Shown here in pieces: positions 15,359 through 34,706 of a stretch of DNA of 64,000 nt. Below the pieces are notes generated by a model. It searched no databases, was not told where the DNA came from, and was given only the letters and a program-made list of their open reading frames with translations. Position 1 is the stretch's first letter. Each line of letters opens with the position of its first letter. Made by a program: the position numbers and the translations under genes. Source of the stretch: the human T2T-CHM13v2.0 reference genome, Homo sapiens; assembly GCF_009914755.1 (NCBI RefSeq), contig NC_060948.1, one strand, 5' to 3'.

Positions 15359-17454
15359 AGATCCATATTTTTTAAATGAAAAAAAATTTCAAAGGTACTC
15401 TGCTTGGTACAATAATCAAATGTATAAACTGAGGAATAAAACATAACCATGAAACCTACTTATAACTGCATATGGAAAATACAGAGGATAATTTTTTAAA
15501 TAACATATTTTGAAAGCCTTAACTAGTAATTTGAAGAGTTGGCATTTGAAAGGCCAGTATGAATATACCTTCAAAGCAGCAACACAGGTTCCCCATGAGA
15601 AACAGCAAACTCAGGGAAAATAAAACCTCAAAGGTTCAAGCTCTTCTGACCTTTGAAAGACACAGCACAGACAGTGGTCCTTAGGACGAAGAGCAGGAGA
15701 CCCCTAATTCCGTCACCATGGCGATAGGGCATAAACATTGCTGGGTGAGGGCACAATCCACATTGTGAGGTCCAACTGCTGCCAGGAAGACAGGAGTGCT
15801 TTTACATAGACCGAAAGGTCATTGAAGGCTCAGAGTTTTGTTTCAAGAACTGAATCCCAAGCCCACACGTTATTAGGCTGCGCTTCTTAAAACAAGTTAT
15901 GAGATGGGAAAAAGGGCACCCACAAACATACGTATACATTATGTATATAATAATATACAGTATCATATATATAATATATATAACCTATGTATAATATTGT
16001 TTTACATCCTGCATCTTATATTATATATATTGTCTAAAATATAATAATTGATAATATATAAGTTTTATATTTATACAATATGACATATAGTATATATTAT
16101 AATTTATGACATATATAATATATGTTATATATCATATATAGAATATATTATACGGTTAATATACGTATTAAATATAAATTGTACATTATATATATTATAT
16201 ATAATATATCTGTTATATATAATACCCATTATGCATAATATGTATATTATGTCTATGTTATATATAGTATAAAACAACATATAATAATATATAATTGTAT
16301 ATATAAAATGCGACATATAATATATATTATATTTTATGACATATGTAATATATATTATATATTATATATAATACGTTGTATGTATAATACCTATATTAAA
16401 TATATATTATATGACTATGTTATTAATTACATGTCACATGTGTTATATATTATATATTTTAGATAGAATATACCGGTTACATACAATATATACTATTTTA
16501 CCTATAATGTATAATTGATTACATGTAAAATAAAGAATGCAATATATTATGTATAATTTATAATATAAAATATGTGGAATGTGATATATATAACATAGAA
16601 TATATGATATATGATATACAGTATATGATATATAACATACAATATATGATACCTAGTATATATGGTATACAATATATATTTTATGATATGTATTCTATAT
16701 GTTTTATATTCTGTTATATATAACTATTTGAAATTATATATAACTGTATAATATTTTATGTAAATATGTAATATAATATATATAACTATATAATATATTA
16801 TATATAACTATATATTATGTTATATATACTTTTATATCATAATTTACATAAAATGTCATAATATAATATATATTATATTATTTCATATTACATAATATAT
16901 ATTACATATCACTCAATATAAGTAACATACATAATATTATAATATAGATTATATTATGTTATGTTAAATATCATATATATCATGTATCATATATTGTATA
17001 ATATATATTATACATTATATAATATGTATGTTGTCTATTATGTGATATATATAACTATATATTATTATATTATTATACATATAACTAGATAAACATGTAA
17101 TTCTACATATTTTCATTTATAATATATAGAATTATATAATCATATATAATTATTTATATTCTATAAAAAATTATATCATTATATAAATTATAATATAAAA
17201 AAATTATAATATGTACTACAAATATATATATTATATATCATATATGATATAGTACCTTTGTTATATATCATAATACATATAAATGTGTATTATGTTATCT
17301 ATAATTATATGATTTCATATATAAGATGTATAATATGTATTATATATTGTATATGTTATGTAATATATATAGTATATATAAGCTGACACAGGATAAATAT
17401 TATATACTATGACATATAAAATATATGAGGTTATATGTTACATATAAGGCATAG

Positions 17455-17775
<321 letters not shown>

Positions 17776-19900
17776 AGATCCATATTTTTTAAATGAAAAA
17801 AAATTTCAAAGGTACTCTGCTTGGTACAATAATCAAATGTATAAACTGAGGAATAAAACATAACCATGAAACCTACTTATAACTGCATATGGAAAATACA
17901 GAGGATAATTTTTTAAATAACATATTTTGAAAGCCTTAACTAGTAATTTGAAGAGTTGGTATTTGAAAGGCCAGTATGAATATACCTTCAAAGCAGCAAC
18001 ACAGGTTCCCCATGAGAAACAGCAAACTCAGGGAAAATAAAACCACAAAGGTTCAAGCTCTTCTGACCTTTGAAAGACACAGCACAGACAGTGGTCCTTA
18101 GGACGAAGAGCAGGAGACCCCTAATTCCGTCACCATGGCGATAGGGCATAAACATTGCTGGGTGAGGGCACAATCCACATTGTGAGGTCCAACTGCTGCC
18201 AGGAAGACAGGAGTGCTTTTACATAGACCGAAAGGTCATTGAAGGCTCAGAGTTTTGTTTCAAGAACTGAATCCCAAGCCCACACGTTATTAGGCTGCGC
18301 TTCTTAAAACAAGTTATGAGATGGGAAAAAGGGCACCCACAAACATACGTATACATTATGTATATAATAATATACAGTATCATACATATAATATATATAA
18401 CCTATGTATAATATTGTTTTACATCCTGCATCTTATATTATATATATTGTCTAAAATATAATAATTGATAATATATAAGTTTTATATTTATACAATATGA
18501 CATATAGTATATATTATAATTTATGACATATATAATATATGTTATATATCATATATAGAATATATTATACGGTTAATATACGTATTAAATATAAATTATA
18601 CATTATATATATTATATATAATATATCTGTTATATATAATACCCATTATGCATAATATGTATATTATGTCTATGTTATATATAGTATAAAACAACATATA
18701 GTAATATATAATTGTATATATAAAATGCGACATATATATATTATATTTTATGACATATGTAATATATATTATATATTATATATAATACGTTGTATGTATA
18801 ATACCTATATTAAATATATATTATATGACTATGTTATTAATTACATGTCACATATGTTATATATTATATATTTTACGTAGAATATACCGGTTACATACAA
18901 TATATACTATGTTACCTATAATGTATAATTGATTACATGTAAAATAAAGAATGCAATATATTATGTATAATTTATAATATACAATATGTGGAATGTGATA
19001 TATATAACATATAATATATGATATATGATATACAGTATATGATATATAACATACAATATACGATACCTAATATATATGGTATACAATATATATTTTATGA
19101 TATGTATTCTATATGTTTTATATTCTGTTATATATAACTATTTGAAATTATATATAACTGTATAATATTTTATGTAAATATGTAATATAATATATATAAC
19201 TATATAATATATTATATATAACTATATATTATGTTATATATACATTTATAACGTAATTTACATAAAATGTCATAATATAATATATATTATATTATTTCAC
19301 ATTACATAATATATATTACATATCACCCAATATAAGTAAGATACATAATATTATAATATAGATTATATTATGTTATATTAAATATCATATATATCATGTA
19401 TCATATATTCTATAATATATATTACACATTATATAATATGTATGCTGTCTATTTTGTGATATATAAAACTATATATATAATTATATTATTATACATATAA
19501 CTAGATAAACATGTAATTCTACATATTTTCATTTGTAATATATAGAATTATATAATCATATATAATTATTTATGTTCTATAAAAAATTATATCATTATAT
19601 AAATTATAATATAAAAAAATTATAATATGTACTACAAATATACATATTATATATCATATATGATATAGTACCTTTGTTATATATCATAATACATATAAAT
19701 GTGTATTATGTTATCTATAATTATATAATTTCATATATAAGATGTATAATATGTATTATATATTGTCTATGTTATGTAATATATATAGTATATGTAAGCT
19801 GACACAGGATAAATATTATATACTATGACATATAAAATATATGAGGTTATATGTTACATATAAGGCATAGCACATAACATGTAATATATATCATATATAA

Positions 19901-20192
<292 letters not shown>

Positions 20193-22320
20193 AGATCCAT
20201 ATTTTTTAAATGAAAAAAAATTTCAAAGGTACTCTGCTTGGTACAATAATCAAATGTATAAACTGAGGAATAAAACATAACCATGAAACCTACTTATAAC
20301 TGCATATGGAAAATACAGAGGATAATTTTTTAAATAACATATTTTGAAAGCCTTAACTAGTAATTTGAAGAGTTGGCATTTGTAAGGCCAGTATGAATAT
20401 ACCTTCAAAGCAGCAACACAGGTTCCCCATGAGAAAAAGCAAACTCAGGGAAAATAAAACCACAAAGGTTCAATCTCTTCTGACCTTTGAAAGACACAGC
20501 ACAGACAGTGGTCCTTAGGACGAAGAGCAGGAGACCCCTAATTCCGTCACCATGGCGATAGGGCATAAACATTGCTGGGTGAGGGCACAATCCACATTGT
20601 GAGGTCCAACTGCTGCCAGGAAGACAGGAGTGCTTTTACATAGACCGAAAGGTCATTGAAGGCTCAGAGTTTTGTTTCAAGAACTGAATCCCAAGCCCAC
20701 ACGTTATTAGGCTGCGCTTCTTAAAACAAGTTATGAGATGGGAAAAAGGGCACCCACAAACATACGTATACATTATGTATATAATAATATACAGTATCAT
20801 ATATAAAATATGTATAACCTATGTATAATATTGTTTTACATCCTGCATCTTATATTATATATATTGTATAAAATATAATAATTGATAATATATAAGTTTT
20901 ATATTTATACAATATGACATATAGTATATATTATACTTTATGACATATATAATATATGTTATATATCATATATAGAATATATTACACGATTAATATACGT
21001 ATTAAATATAAATTATACATTATATATATTATATAAAATATATCTGTTATATATAATACCCATTATGCATAATATATATATTATGTCTATGTTATATATA
21101 GTATAAAACAACATATAATAATATATAATTGTATATATAAAATGCCACATATAATATATATTATATTTTATGACATATGTAATATATATTATATATTATA
21201 TATAATACGTTGTATGTATAATACCTATATTAAATATATATTATATGACTATGTTATTAATTACATGTCACATATGTTATATATTATATATTTTACATAG
21301 AATATACCGGTTACATACAATATATACTATGTTACCTATAATGTATAATTGATTACATGTAAAATAAAGAATGCAATATATTATGTATAATTTATAATAT
21401 ACAATATGTGGAATGTGATATATATAACATATAATATATGATATATGATATACAGTATATGATATATAACATACAATATATGATACCTAATATATATGGT
21501 ATACAATATATATTTTATGATATGTATTCTATGTGTTTTATATTCTGTTATATATAACTATTTGAAATTATATATAACTGTATAATATTTTATGTAAATA
21601 TGTAATATAATATATATAACTATATAATATATTATATATAACTATATATTATGTTATATATACTTTTATAACATAATTTACATAAAATGTCATAATATAA
21701 TATATATTATATTATTTCACATTACATAATATATATTACATATCACCCAATATAAGTAACATACATAATATTATAATATAGATTATATTATGTTATATTA
21801 AATATCATATATATCATGTATCATATATTCTATAATATATATTACACATTATATAATATGTATGTTGTCTATTTTGTGATATATAAAACTATATATATAA
21901 TTATATTATTATACATATAACTAGATAAACATGTAATTCTACATATTTTCATTTGTAATATATAGAATTATATAATCATATATAGTTATTTATATTCTAT
22001 AAAAAATTATATCATTATATAAATTATAATATAAAAAAATTATAATATGTACTACAAATATACATATTATATATCATATATGATATAGTACCTTTGTTAT
22101 ATATCATAATACATATAAATGTGTATTATGTTATCTTTAATTATATAATTTCATATATAAGATGTATAATATGTATTATATATTGTCTAGGTTATGTAAT
22201 ATATATAGTATATGTAAGCTGACACAGGATAAATATTATATACTATGACATATAAAATATATGAGGTTATATGTTACATATAAGGCATAGCACATAACAT
22301 GTAATATATATCATATATAA

Positions 22321-22612
<292 letters not shown>

Positions 22613-24740
22613 AGATCCATATTTTTTAAATGAAAAAAAATTTCAAAGGTACTCTGCTTGGTACAATAATCAAATGTATAAACTGAGGAATAAAACATAA
22701 CCATGAAACCTACTTATAACTGCATATGGAAAATACAGAGGATAATTTTTTAAATAACATATTTTGAAAGCCTTAACTAGTAATTTGAAGAGTTGGCATT
22801 TGAAAGGCCAGTATGAATATACCTTCAAAGCAGCAACACAGGTTCCCCATGAGAAAAAGCAAACACAGGGAAAATAAAAACACAAAGGTTCAATCTCTTC
22901 TGACCTTTGAAAGACACAGCACAGACAGTGGTCCTTAGGACGAAGAGCAGGAGACCCCTAATTCCGTCACCATGGCGATAGGGCACAAACATTGCTGGGT
23001 GAGGGCACAATCCACATTGAGAGGTCCAACTGCTGCCAGGAAGACAGGAGTGCTTTTACATAGACCGAAAGGTCATTGAAGGCTCAGAGTTTTGTTTCAA
23101 GAACTGAATCCCAAGCCCACACGTTATTAGGCTGCGCTTCTTAAAACAAGTTATGAGATGGGAAAAAGGGCACCCACAAACATACGTATACATTATGTAT
23201 ATAATAATATACAGTATCATATATATAATATATATAACCTATGTATAATATTGTTTTACATCCTGCATCTTATATTATATATATTGTATAAAATATAATA
23301 ATTCATAATATATAACGTTTATATTTATACAATATGACATATAGTATATATTATAATTTATGACATATATAATATATGTTATATATCATATATAGAATAT
23401 ATTATACGGTTAATATACGTATTAAATATAAATTATACATTATATATATTATATAAAATATATCTGTTATATATAATACCCTTTATGCATAATATATATA
23501 TTATGTCTATGTTATATATAGTATAAAACAACATATAATAATATATAATTGTATATATAAAATGCGACATATAATATATATTATATTTTATGACATATGT
23601 ATTATATATTATATATTATATATAATACGTTGTATGTATAATACCTATATTAAATATATATTATATGACTATGTTATTAATTACATGTCACATATGTTAT
23701 ATATTATATATTTTACATAGAATATACCGGTTACATGCAATATATACTATGTTACCTATAATGTATAATTGATTACATGTAAAATAAAGAATGCAATATA
23801 TTATGTATAATTTATAATATACAATATGTGGAATGTGATATATATAACATATAATATATGATATATGATATACAGTATATAATATATAACATACAATATA
23901 TGATACCTAATATATATGGTATACAATATATATTTTATGATATGTATTCTATATGTTTTATATTCTGTTATATATAACTATTTGAAATTATATATAACTG
24001 TATAATATTTTATGCAAATATGTAATATAATATATATAACTATATAATATATTATATATAACTATATATTATGTTATATATACTTTTATCACATAATTTA
24101 CATTAAATATCATAATATAATATATATTATATTATTTCACATTACATAATATATATTACATATCACCCAATATAAGTAACATACATAATATTATAATATA
24201 GATTATATTATGTTATATTAAATATCATATATATCATGTATCATATATTCTATAATATATATTACACATTATATAATATGTATGTTGTCTATTTTGTGAT
24301 ATATAAAACTATATATATAATTATATTATTATACATATAACTAGATAAACATGTAATTCTACATATTTTCATTTGTAATATATAGAATTATATAATCATA
24401 TATAATTATTTATATTCTATAAAAAATTATATCATTATATAAATTATAATATAAAAAAATTATAATATGTACTACAAATATACATATTATATATCATATA
24501 TGATATAGTACCTTTGTTATATATCATAATACATATAAATGTGTATTATGTTATCTTTAATTATATAATTTCATATATAAGATGTATAATATGTATTATA
24601 TATTGTCTAGGTTATGTAATATATATAGTATATGTAAGCTGACACAGGATAAATATTATATACTATGACATATAAAATATATGAGGTTATATGTTACATA
24701 TAAGGCATAGCACATAACATGTAATATATATCATATATAA

Positions 24741-25032
<292 letters not shown>

Positions 25033-27155
25033 AGATCCATATTTTTTAAATGAAAAAAAATTTCAAAGGTACTCTGCTTGGTACAATAATCAAATGTATA
25101 AACTGAGGAATAAAACATAACCATGAAACCTACTTATAACTGCATATGGAAAATACAGAGGATAATTTTTTAAATAACATATTTTGAAAGCCTTAACTAG
25201 TAATTTGAAGAGTTGGCATTTGAAAGGCCAGTATGAATATACCTTCAAAGCAGCAACACAGGTTCCCCATGAGAAAAAGCAAACACAGGGAAAATAAAAA
25301 CACAAAGGTTCAATCTCTTCTGACCTTTGAAAGACACAGCACAGACAGTGGTCCTTAGGACGAAGAGCAGGAGACCCCTAATTCAGTCACCATGGCGATA
25401 GGGCACAAACATTGCTGGGTGAGGGCACAATCCACATTGAGAGGTCCAACTGCTGCCAGGAAGACAGGAGTGCTTTTACATAGACCGAAAGGTCATTGAA
25501 GGCTCAGAGTTTTGTTTCAAGAACTGAATCCCAAGCCCACACGTTATTAGGCTGCGCTTCTTAAAACAAGTTATGAGATGGGAAAAAGGGCACCCACAAA
25601 CATACGTATATATTATGTATATAATAATATACAGTATCATATATATAATATATATAACCTATGTATAATATTGTTTTACATCCTGCATCTTATATTATAT
25701 ATATTGTATAAAATATAATAATTCATAATATATAACGTTTATATTTATACAATATGACATATAGTATATATTATAATTTATGACATATATAATATATGTT
25801 ATATATCATATATAGAATATATTATACGGTTAATATACGTATTAAATATAAATTATACATTATATATATTATATAAAATATATCTGTTATATATAATACC
25901 CTTTATGCATAATATATATATTATGTCTATGTTATATATAGTATAAAACAACATATAATAATATATAATTGTATATATAAAATGCGACATATAATATATA
26001 TTATATTTTATGACATATGTATTATATATTATATATTATATATAATACGTTGTATGTATAATACCTATATTAAATATATATTATATGACTATGTTATTAA
26101 TTACATGTCACATATGTTATATATTATATATTTTACATAGAATATACCGGTTACATGCAATATATACTATGTTACCTATAATGTATAATTGATTACATGT
26201 AAAATAAAGAATGCAATATATTATGTATAATTTATAATATACAATATGTGGAATGTGATATATATAACATATAATATATGATATATGATATACAGTATAT
26301 GATATATAACATACAATATATGATACCTAATATATATGGTATACAATATATATTTTATGATATGTATTCTATATGTTTTATATTCTGTTATATATAACTA
26401 TTTGAAATTATATATAACTGTATAATATTTTATGCAAATATGTAATATAATATATATAACTATATAATATATTATATATAACTATATATTATGTTATATA
26501 TACTTTTATCACATAATTTACATTAAATATCATAATATAATATATATTATATTATTTCACATTACATAATATATATTACATATCACCCAATATAAGTAAC
26601 ATACATAATATTATAATATAGATTATATTATGTTATATTAAATATCATATATATCATGTATCATATATTCTATAATATATATTACACATTATATAATATG
26701 TATGTTGTCTATTATGTGATATATATAACTATATATAATTATATTATTATACATATAACTAGATAAACATGTAATTCTACATATTTTCATTTATAATATA
26801 TAGAATTATATAATCATATATAATTATTTATATTCTATAAAAAATTATATCATTATATAAATTATAATATATAAAAATTATAATATGTACTACATATATA
26901 TATTATATATCATATATGATATAGTACCTTTGTTATATATCATAATACATATAAATGTGTATTATGTTATCTATAATTATATAATTTCATATATAAGTTG
27001 TATAATATGTATCAAATATTATATATGTGTGTAATATATATAGTATATATAAGCTGACACAGGATAAATATTATATACTATGACATATAAAATATATGAG
27101 GTTATATGTTACATATAAGGCATAGCACATAACATGTAATATATATCATATATAA

Positions 27156-27447
27156 TTTTTTTTTAGACAGAGTCTTGTCCTGTTGCACAGGGTGGGGTAC
27201 AATGGCGCCATCTTTGCTCACTGCAACATCTGCCTCAAGGGTCCAAGCGATTGGCCTCCCTCAGCCTCCCAGGTAGCTGGGACTACACCACACTGGGACT
27301 ACACCAGCTGCCACCATGCCTAGCTAATTTTTTGGATTTTTAGTAGTGACAGCGTTTCACTGTATTGGCCAGGATGGTCTTGATCTCTTCACCTTGTGAT
27401 CCCCTTGCCTTGGCCTCCAAATTTGCTGGGATTACAGGCCTGAGCCA
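27156..27447 (-). mobile_element. Alu copy 12
   Basis: Same antisense Alu; variants shared with copy 6. Confidence 0.95.
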
Positions 27448-29551
27448 AGATCCATATTTTTTAAATGAAAAAAAATTTCAAAGGTACTCTGCTTGGTACA
27501 ATAATCAAATGTATAAACTGAGGAATAAAACATAACCATGAAACCTACTTATAACTGCATATGGAAAATACAGAGGATAATTTTTTAAATAACATATTTT
27601 GAAAGCCTTAACTAGTAATTTGAAGAGTTGGCATTTGAAAGGCCAGTATGAATATACCTTCAAAGCAGCAACACAGGTTCCCCATGAGAAAAAGCAAACA
27701 CAGGGAAAATAAAAACACAAAGGTTCAATCTCTTCTGACCTTTGAAAGACACAGCACAGACAGTGGTCCTTAGGACGAAGAGCAGGAGACCCCTAATTCC
27801 GTCACCATGGCGATAGGGCATAAACATTGCTGGGTGAGGGCACAATCCACATTGTGAGGTCCAACTGCTGCCAGGAAGACAGGAGTGCTTTTACATAGAC
27901 CGAAAGGTCATTGAAGGCTCAGAGTTTTGTTTCAAGAACTGAATCCCAAGCCCACACGTTATTAGGCTGCGCTTCTTAAAACAAGTTATGAGATGGGAAA
28001 AAGGGCACCCACAAACATACGTATACATTATGTATATAATAATATACAGTATCATATATATAATATATATAACCTATGTATAATATTGTTTTATATCCTG
28101 CATCTTCTGTTATATATATTGTATAAAATATAATAATTGATAATATATAAGTTTTATAATTATACAATATGACATATAGTATATATTATAATTTATGACA
28201 TATATAATATATGTTATACATCATATATAGAATATATTATACGGTTAATATACGTATTAAATATAAATTATACATTATATATATTATATATAATATATCT
28301 GTTATATATAATACCCATTATGCATAATATATATATTATGTCTATGTTATATATAGTATAAAACAACATATAATAATATATAATTGTATATATAAAATGC
28401 GACATATAATATATATTATATTTTATAACATATGTAATATATATTATATATTATATATAATACGTTGTATGTATAATACCTATATTAAATATATATTATA
28501 TGACTATGTTATTAATTACATGTCACATGTGTTATATATTATATATTTTACATAGAATATACCGGTTACATACAACATATACTATGTTACCTATAATGTA
28601 TAATTTATTACATGTAAAATAAAGAATGCAATATATTATGTATAATTTATAATATACCATATGTGGAATGTGATATATATAACATATAATATATGATATA
28701 TGATATACAGTATATGATATATAACATACAATATATGATTCCTAATATATATGGTATACAATATATATTTTATGATATGTATTCTATATGTTTTATATTC
28801 TGTTATATATAACTATTTGAAATTATATATAACTCTATAATATTTTATGTAAATATGTAATATAATATATATAACTATATAATATATTATATATAACTAT
28901 ATATTATATTATATATACTTTTATAACATAATTTACATAAAATATCATAATATAATATATATTATATTATTTCATATTACATAATACATATTACATATCA
29001 CCCAATATAACTACCATACATAATATTATAATATAGATTATATTATGTTATATTAAATATCATATATATCATGTATCATATATTCTATAATATATATTAC
29101 ACGTTATATAATATGTATGTTGTCTATTATGTGATATATATAACTATATATATAATTATATTTTTATACATATAACTAGATAAACCTGTAATTCTACATA
29201 TTTTCATTTATAATATGTAGAATTATATAATCATATATAATTATTTATATTCTATAAAAATTTTATCATTATATAAAGTATAATATATAAAAATTATAAT
29301 ATGTACTACAAATATATATATTATATATCATATATGCTATAGTACCTTTGTTATATATCATAATACATATAAATGTGTATTATGTTATCTATAATTATAT
29401 AATTTCATATATAAGATGTATAATATGTATCATACATTACATATGTTATGTAATATATATAGTATATATAAGATGACACAGGATAAATATTATATACTAT
29501 GACATATAAAATATATGAGGTTATATGTTACATATAAGGCATAGCACATAA

Positions 29552-29866
<315 letters not shown>

Positions 29867-31971
29867 AGATCCATATTTTTTAAATGAAAAAAAATTTCAA
29901 AGGTACTCTGCTTGGTACAATAATCAAATGTATAAACTGAGGAATAAAACATAACCATGAAACCTACTTATAACTGCATATGGAAAATACAGAGGATAAT
30001 TTTTTAAATAACATATTTTGAAAGCCTTAACTAGTAATTTGAAGAGTTGGCATTTGAAAGGCCAGTATGAATATACCTTCAAAGCAGCAACACAGGTTCC
30101 CCATGAGAAAAAGCAAACACAGGGAAAATAAAAACACAAAGGTTCAATCTCTTCTGACCTTTGAAAGACACAGCACAGACAGTGGTCCTTAGGACGAAGA
30201 GCAGGAGACCCCTAATTCCGTCACCATGGCGATAGGGCATAAACATTGCTGGGTGAGGGCACAATCCACATTGTGAGGTCCAACTGCTGCCAGGAAGACA
30301 GGAGTGCTTTTACATAGACCGAAAGGTCATTGAAGGCTCAGAGTTTTGTTTCAAGAACTGAATCCCAAGCCCACACGTTATTAGGCTGCACTTCTTAAAA
30401 CAAGTTATGAGATGGGAAAAAGGGCACCCACAAACATACGTATACATTATGTATATAATAATATACAGTATCATATATATAATATATATAACCTATGTAT
30501 AATATTGTTTTACATCCTGCATCTTATGTTATATATATTGTATAAAATATAATAATTGATAATATATAAGTTTTATAATTATACAATATGACATATAGTA
30601 TATATTATAATTTATGACATATATAATATATGTTATATGTCATATATAGAATATATTATACGGTTAACATACGTATTAAATATAAATTATACATTCTATA
30701 TATTATATATAATATATCTGTTATATATAATACCCATTATGCATAATATATATATTATGTCTATGTTATATATAGTATAAAACAACATATAATAATATAT
30801 AATTGTATATATAAAATGCGACATATAATATTTATTATATTTTATAACATATGAAATATATATTATATATTATATATAATACGTTGTATGTATAATACCT
30901 ATATTAAATATATATTATATGACTATGTTATTAATTACATGTCACATGTGTTATATATTATATATTTTACATAGAATATACCGGTTACATACAATATATA
31001 CTATGTTACCTATAATGTATTATTTATTACATGTAAAATAAAGAATGCAATATATTATGTATAATTTATAATATACCATATGTGGAATGTCATATATATA
31101 ACATATAATATATGATATATGATATACAGTATATGATATATAACATACAATATATGATTCCTAATACATATGGTATACAATATATATTTTATGATATGTA
31201 TTCTATATGTTTTATATTCTGTTATATATAACTATTTGAAATTATATATAACTGTATAATATTTTATGTAAATATGTAATATAATATATATAACTATATA
31301 ATATATTATATATAACTATATATTATGTTATATATACTTTTATAACATAATTTACATAAAATATCATAATATAATATATATTATATTATTTCATATTACA
31401 TAATATATATTACATATCACCCAATATAACTAACATACATAATATTAGAATATAGATTATATTATGTTATATTAAATATCATCTATATCATGTATCATAT
31501 ATTCTATAATATATATTACACACTATATAATATGTGTGTTGTCTATTATGTGATATATATAACTCTATATATAATTATATTTTTATACATATAACTAGAT
31601 AAACATGTAATTCTACATATTTTCATTTATAATATGTAGAATTATATAATCATATATAATTATTTATATTCTATAAAAAATTTTATCTTTATATAAATTA
31701 TAATATATAAAAATTATAATATGTACTACAAATATATATATTATATATCATATATGATATAGTACCTTTGTTATATATCATAATACATATAAATGTGTAT
31801 TATGTTATCTATAATTATATAATTTCATATATAAGATGTATAATATGTATCATATATTATATATGTTATGTAATATATGTAGTATATATAAGATGACACA
31901 GGATAAATATTATATACTATGACATATAAAATATATGAGGTTATATGTTACATATAAGGCATAGCACATAA

Positions 31972-32286
<315 letters not shown>

Positions 32287-34391
32287 AGATCCATATTTTT
32301 TAAATGAAAAAAAATTTCAAAGGTACTCTGCTTGGTACAATAATCAAATGTATAAACTGAGGAATAAAACATAACCATGAAACCTACTTATAACTGCATA
32401 TGGAAAATACAGAGGATAATTTTTTAAATAACATATTATGAAAGCCTTAACTAGTAATTTGAAGAGCTGGCATTTGAAAGGCCAGTATGAATATACCTTC
32501 AAAGCAGCAACACAGGTTCCCCATGAGAAAAAGCAAACACAGGGAAAATAAAAACACAAAGGTTCAATCTCTTCTGACCTTTGAAAGACACAGCACAGAC
32601 AGTGCTCCTTAGGACGAAGAGCAGGAGACCCCTAATTCCGTCACCATGGCGATAGGGCATAAACATTGCTGGGTGAGGGCACAATCCACATTGTGAGGTC
32701 CAACTGCTGCCAGGAAGACAGGAGTGCTTTTACATAGACCGAAAGGTCATTGAAGGCTCAGAGTTTTGTTTCAAGAACTGAATCCCAAGCCCACACGTTA
32801 TTAGGCTGCGCTTCTTAAAACAAGTTATGAGATGGGAAAAAGGGCACCCACAAACATACGTATACATTATGTATATAATAATATACAGTATCATATATAT
32901 AATATATATAACCTATGTATAATATTGTTTTACATCCTGCATCTTATGTTATATATATTGTATAAAATATAATAATTGATAATATATAAGTTTTATAATT
33001 ATACAGTAAGACATATAGTATATATTATAATTTATGACATATGTAATATATGTTATAAGTCATATATAGAATATATTATACGGTTAATATACGTATTAAA
33101 TATAAATTATACATTATATATATTATATATAATATATCTGTTATATATAATACCCATTATGCATAATATATATATTATGTCTATGTTATATATAGTATAA
33201 AACAACATATAATAATATATAAATGTATATATAAAATGCGACATATAATATATATTATATTTTATAACATATGTAATATATATTATACATTATATATAAT
33301 AAGTTGTATGTATAATACCTATATTAAATATATATTATATGACTATGTTATTAATTACATGTCACATGTGTTATATATTATATATTTTACATAGAATATA
33401 CCGGTTACATACAACATATACTATGTTACCTATAATGTATAATTTATTACATGTAAAATAAAGAATGCAATATATTATGTATAATTTATAATATACCATA
33501 TGTGGAATGTGATATATATAACATATAATATATGATATATGATATACAGTATATGATATATAACATACAATATATGATTCCTAATATATATGGTATACAA
33601 TATATATTTTATGATATGTATTCTATACGTTTTATATTCTGTTATATATAACTATTTGAAATTATATATAACTGTATAATATTTTATGTAAATATGTAAT
33701 ATAATATATATAACTATATAATATATTATATATAACTATATATTATGTTATATATACTTTTATAACATAATTTACATAAAATATCATAATATAATATATA
33801 TTATATTATTTCATATTACATAATATATATTACATATCACCCAATATAACTAACATACATAATATTATAATATAGATTATATTGTGTTATATTAAATATC
33901 ATATATATCATGTATCATATATTCTATAATATATAATACACATTATATAATATGTATGTTGTCTATTATGTGATATATATAACTATATATATAATTATAT
34001 TTTTATACATATAACTAGATAAACATGTAATTCTACATATTTTCATTTATAATATGTAGAATTATATAATCATATATAATTATTTATATTCTATAAAAAA
34101 TTTTATCATTATATAAATTATAATATATAAAAATTATAATATGTACTACAAATATATATATTATATATCATATATGCTATAGTTCCTTTGTTATATATCA
34201 TAATACATATAAATGTGTATTATGTTATCTATAATTATATAATTTCATATATAAGTTGTATAATATGTATCATATATTATATATGTTATGTAATATATAT
34301 AGTATATATAAGATGACACAGGATAAATATTATATACTATGACATATAAAATATATGAGGTTATATGTTACATATAAGGCATAGCACATAA

Positions 34392-34706
<315 letters not shown>
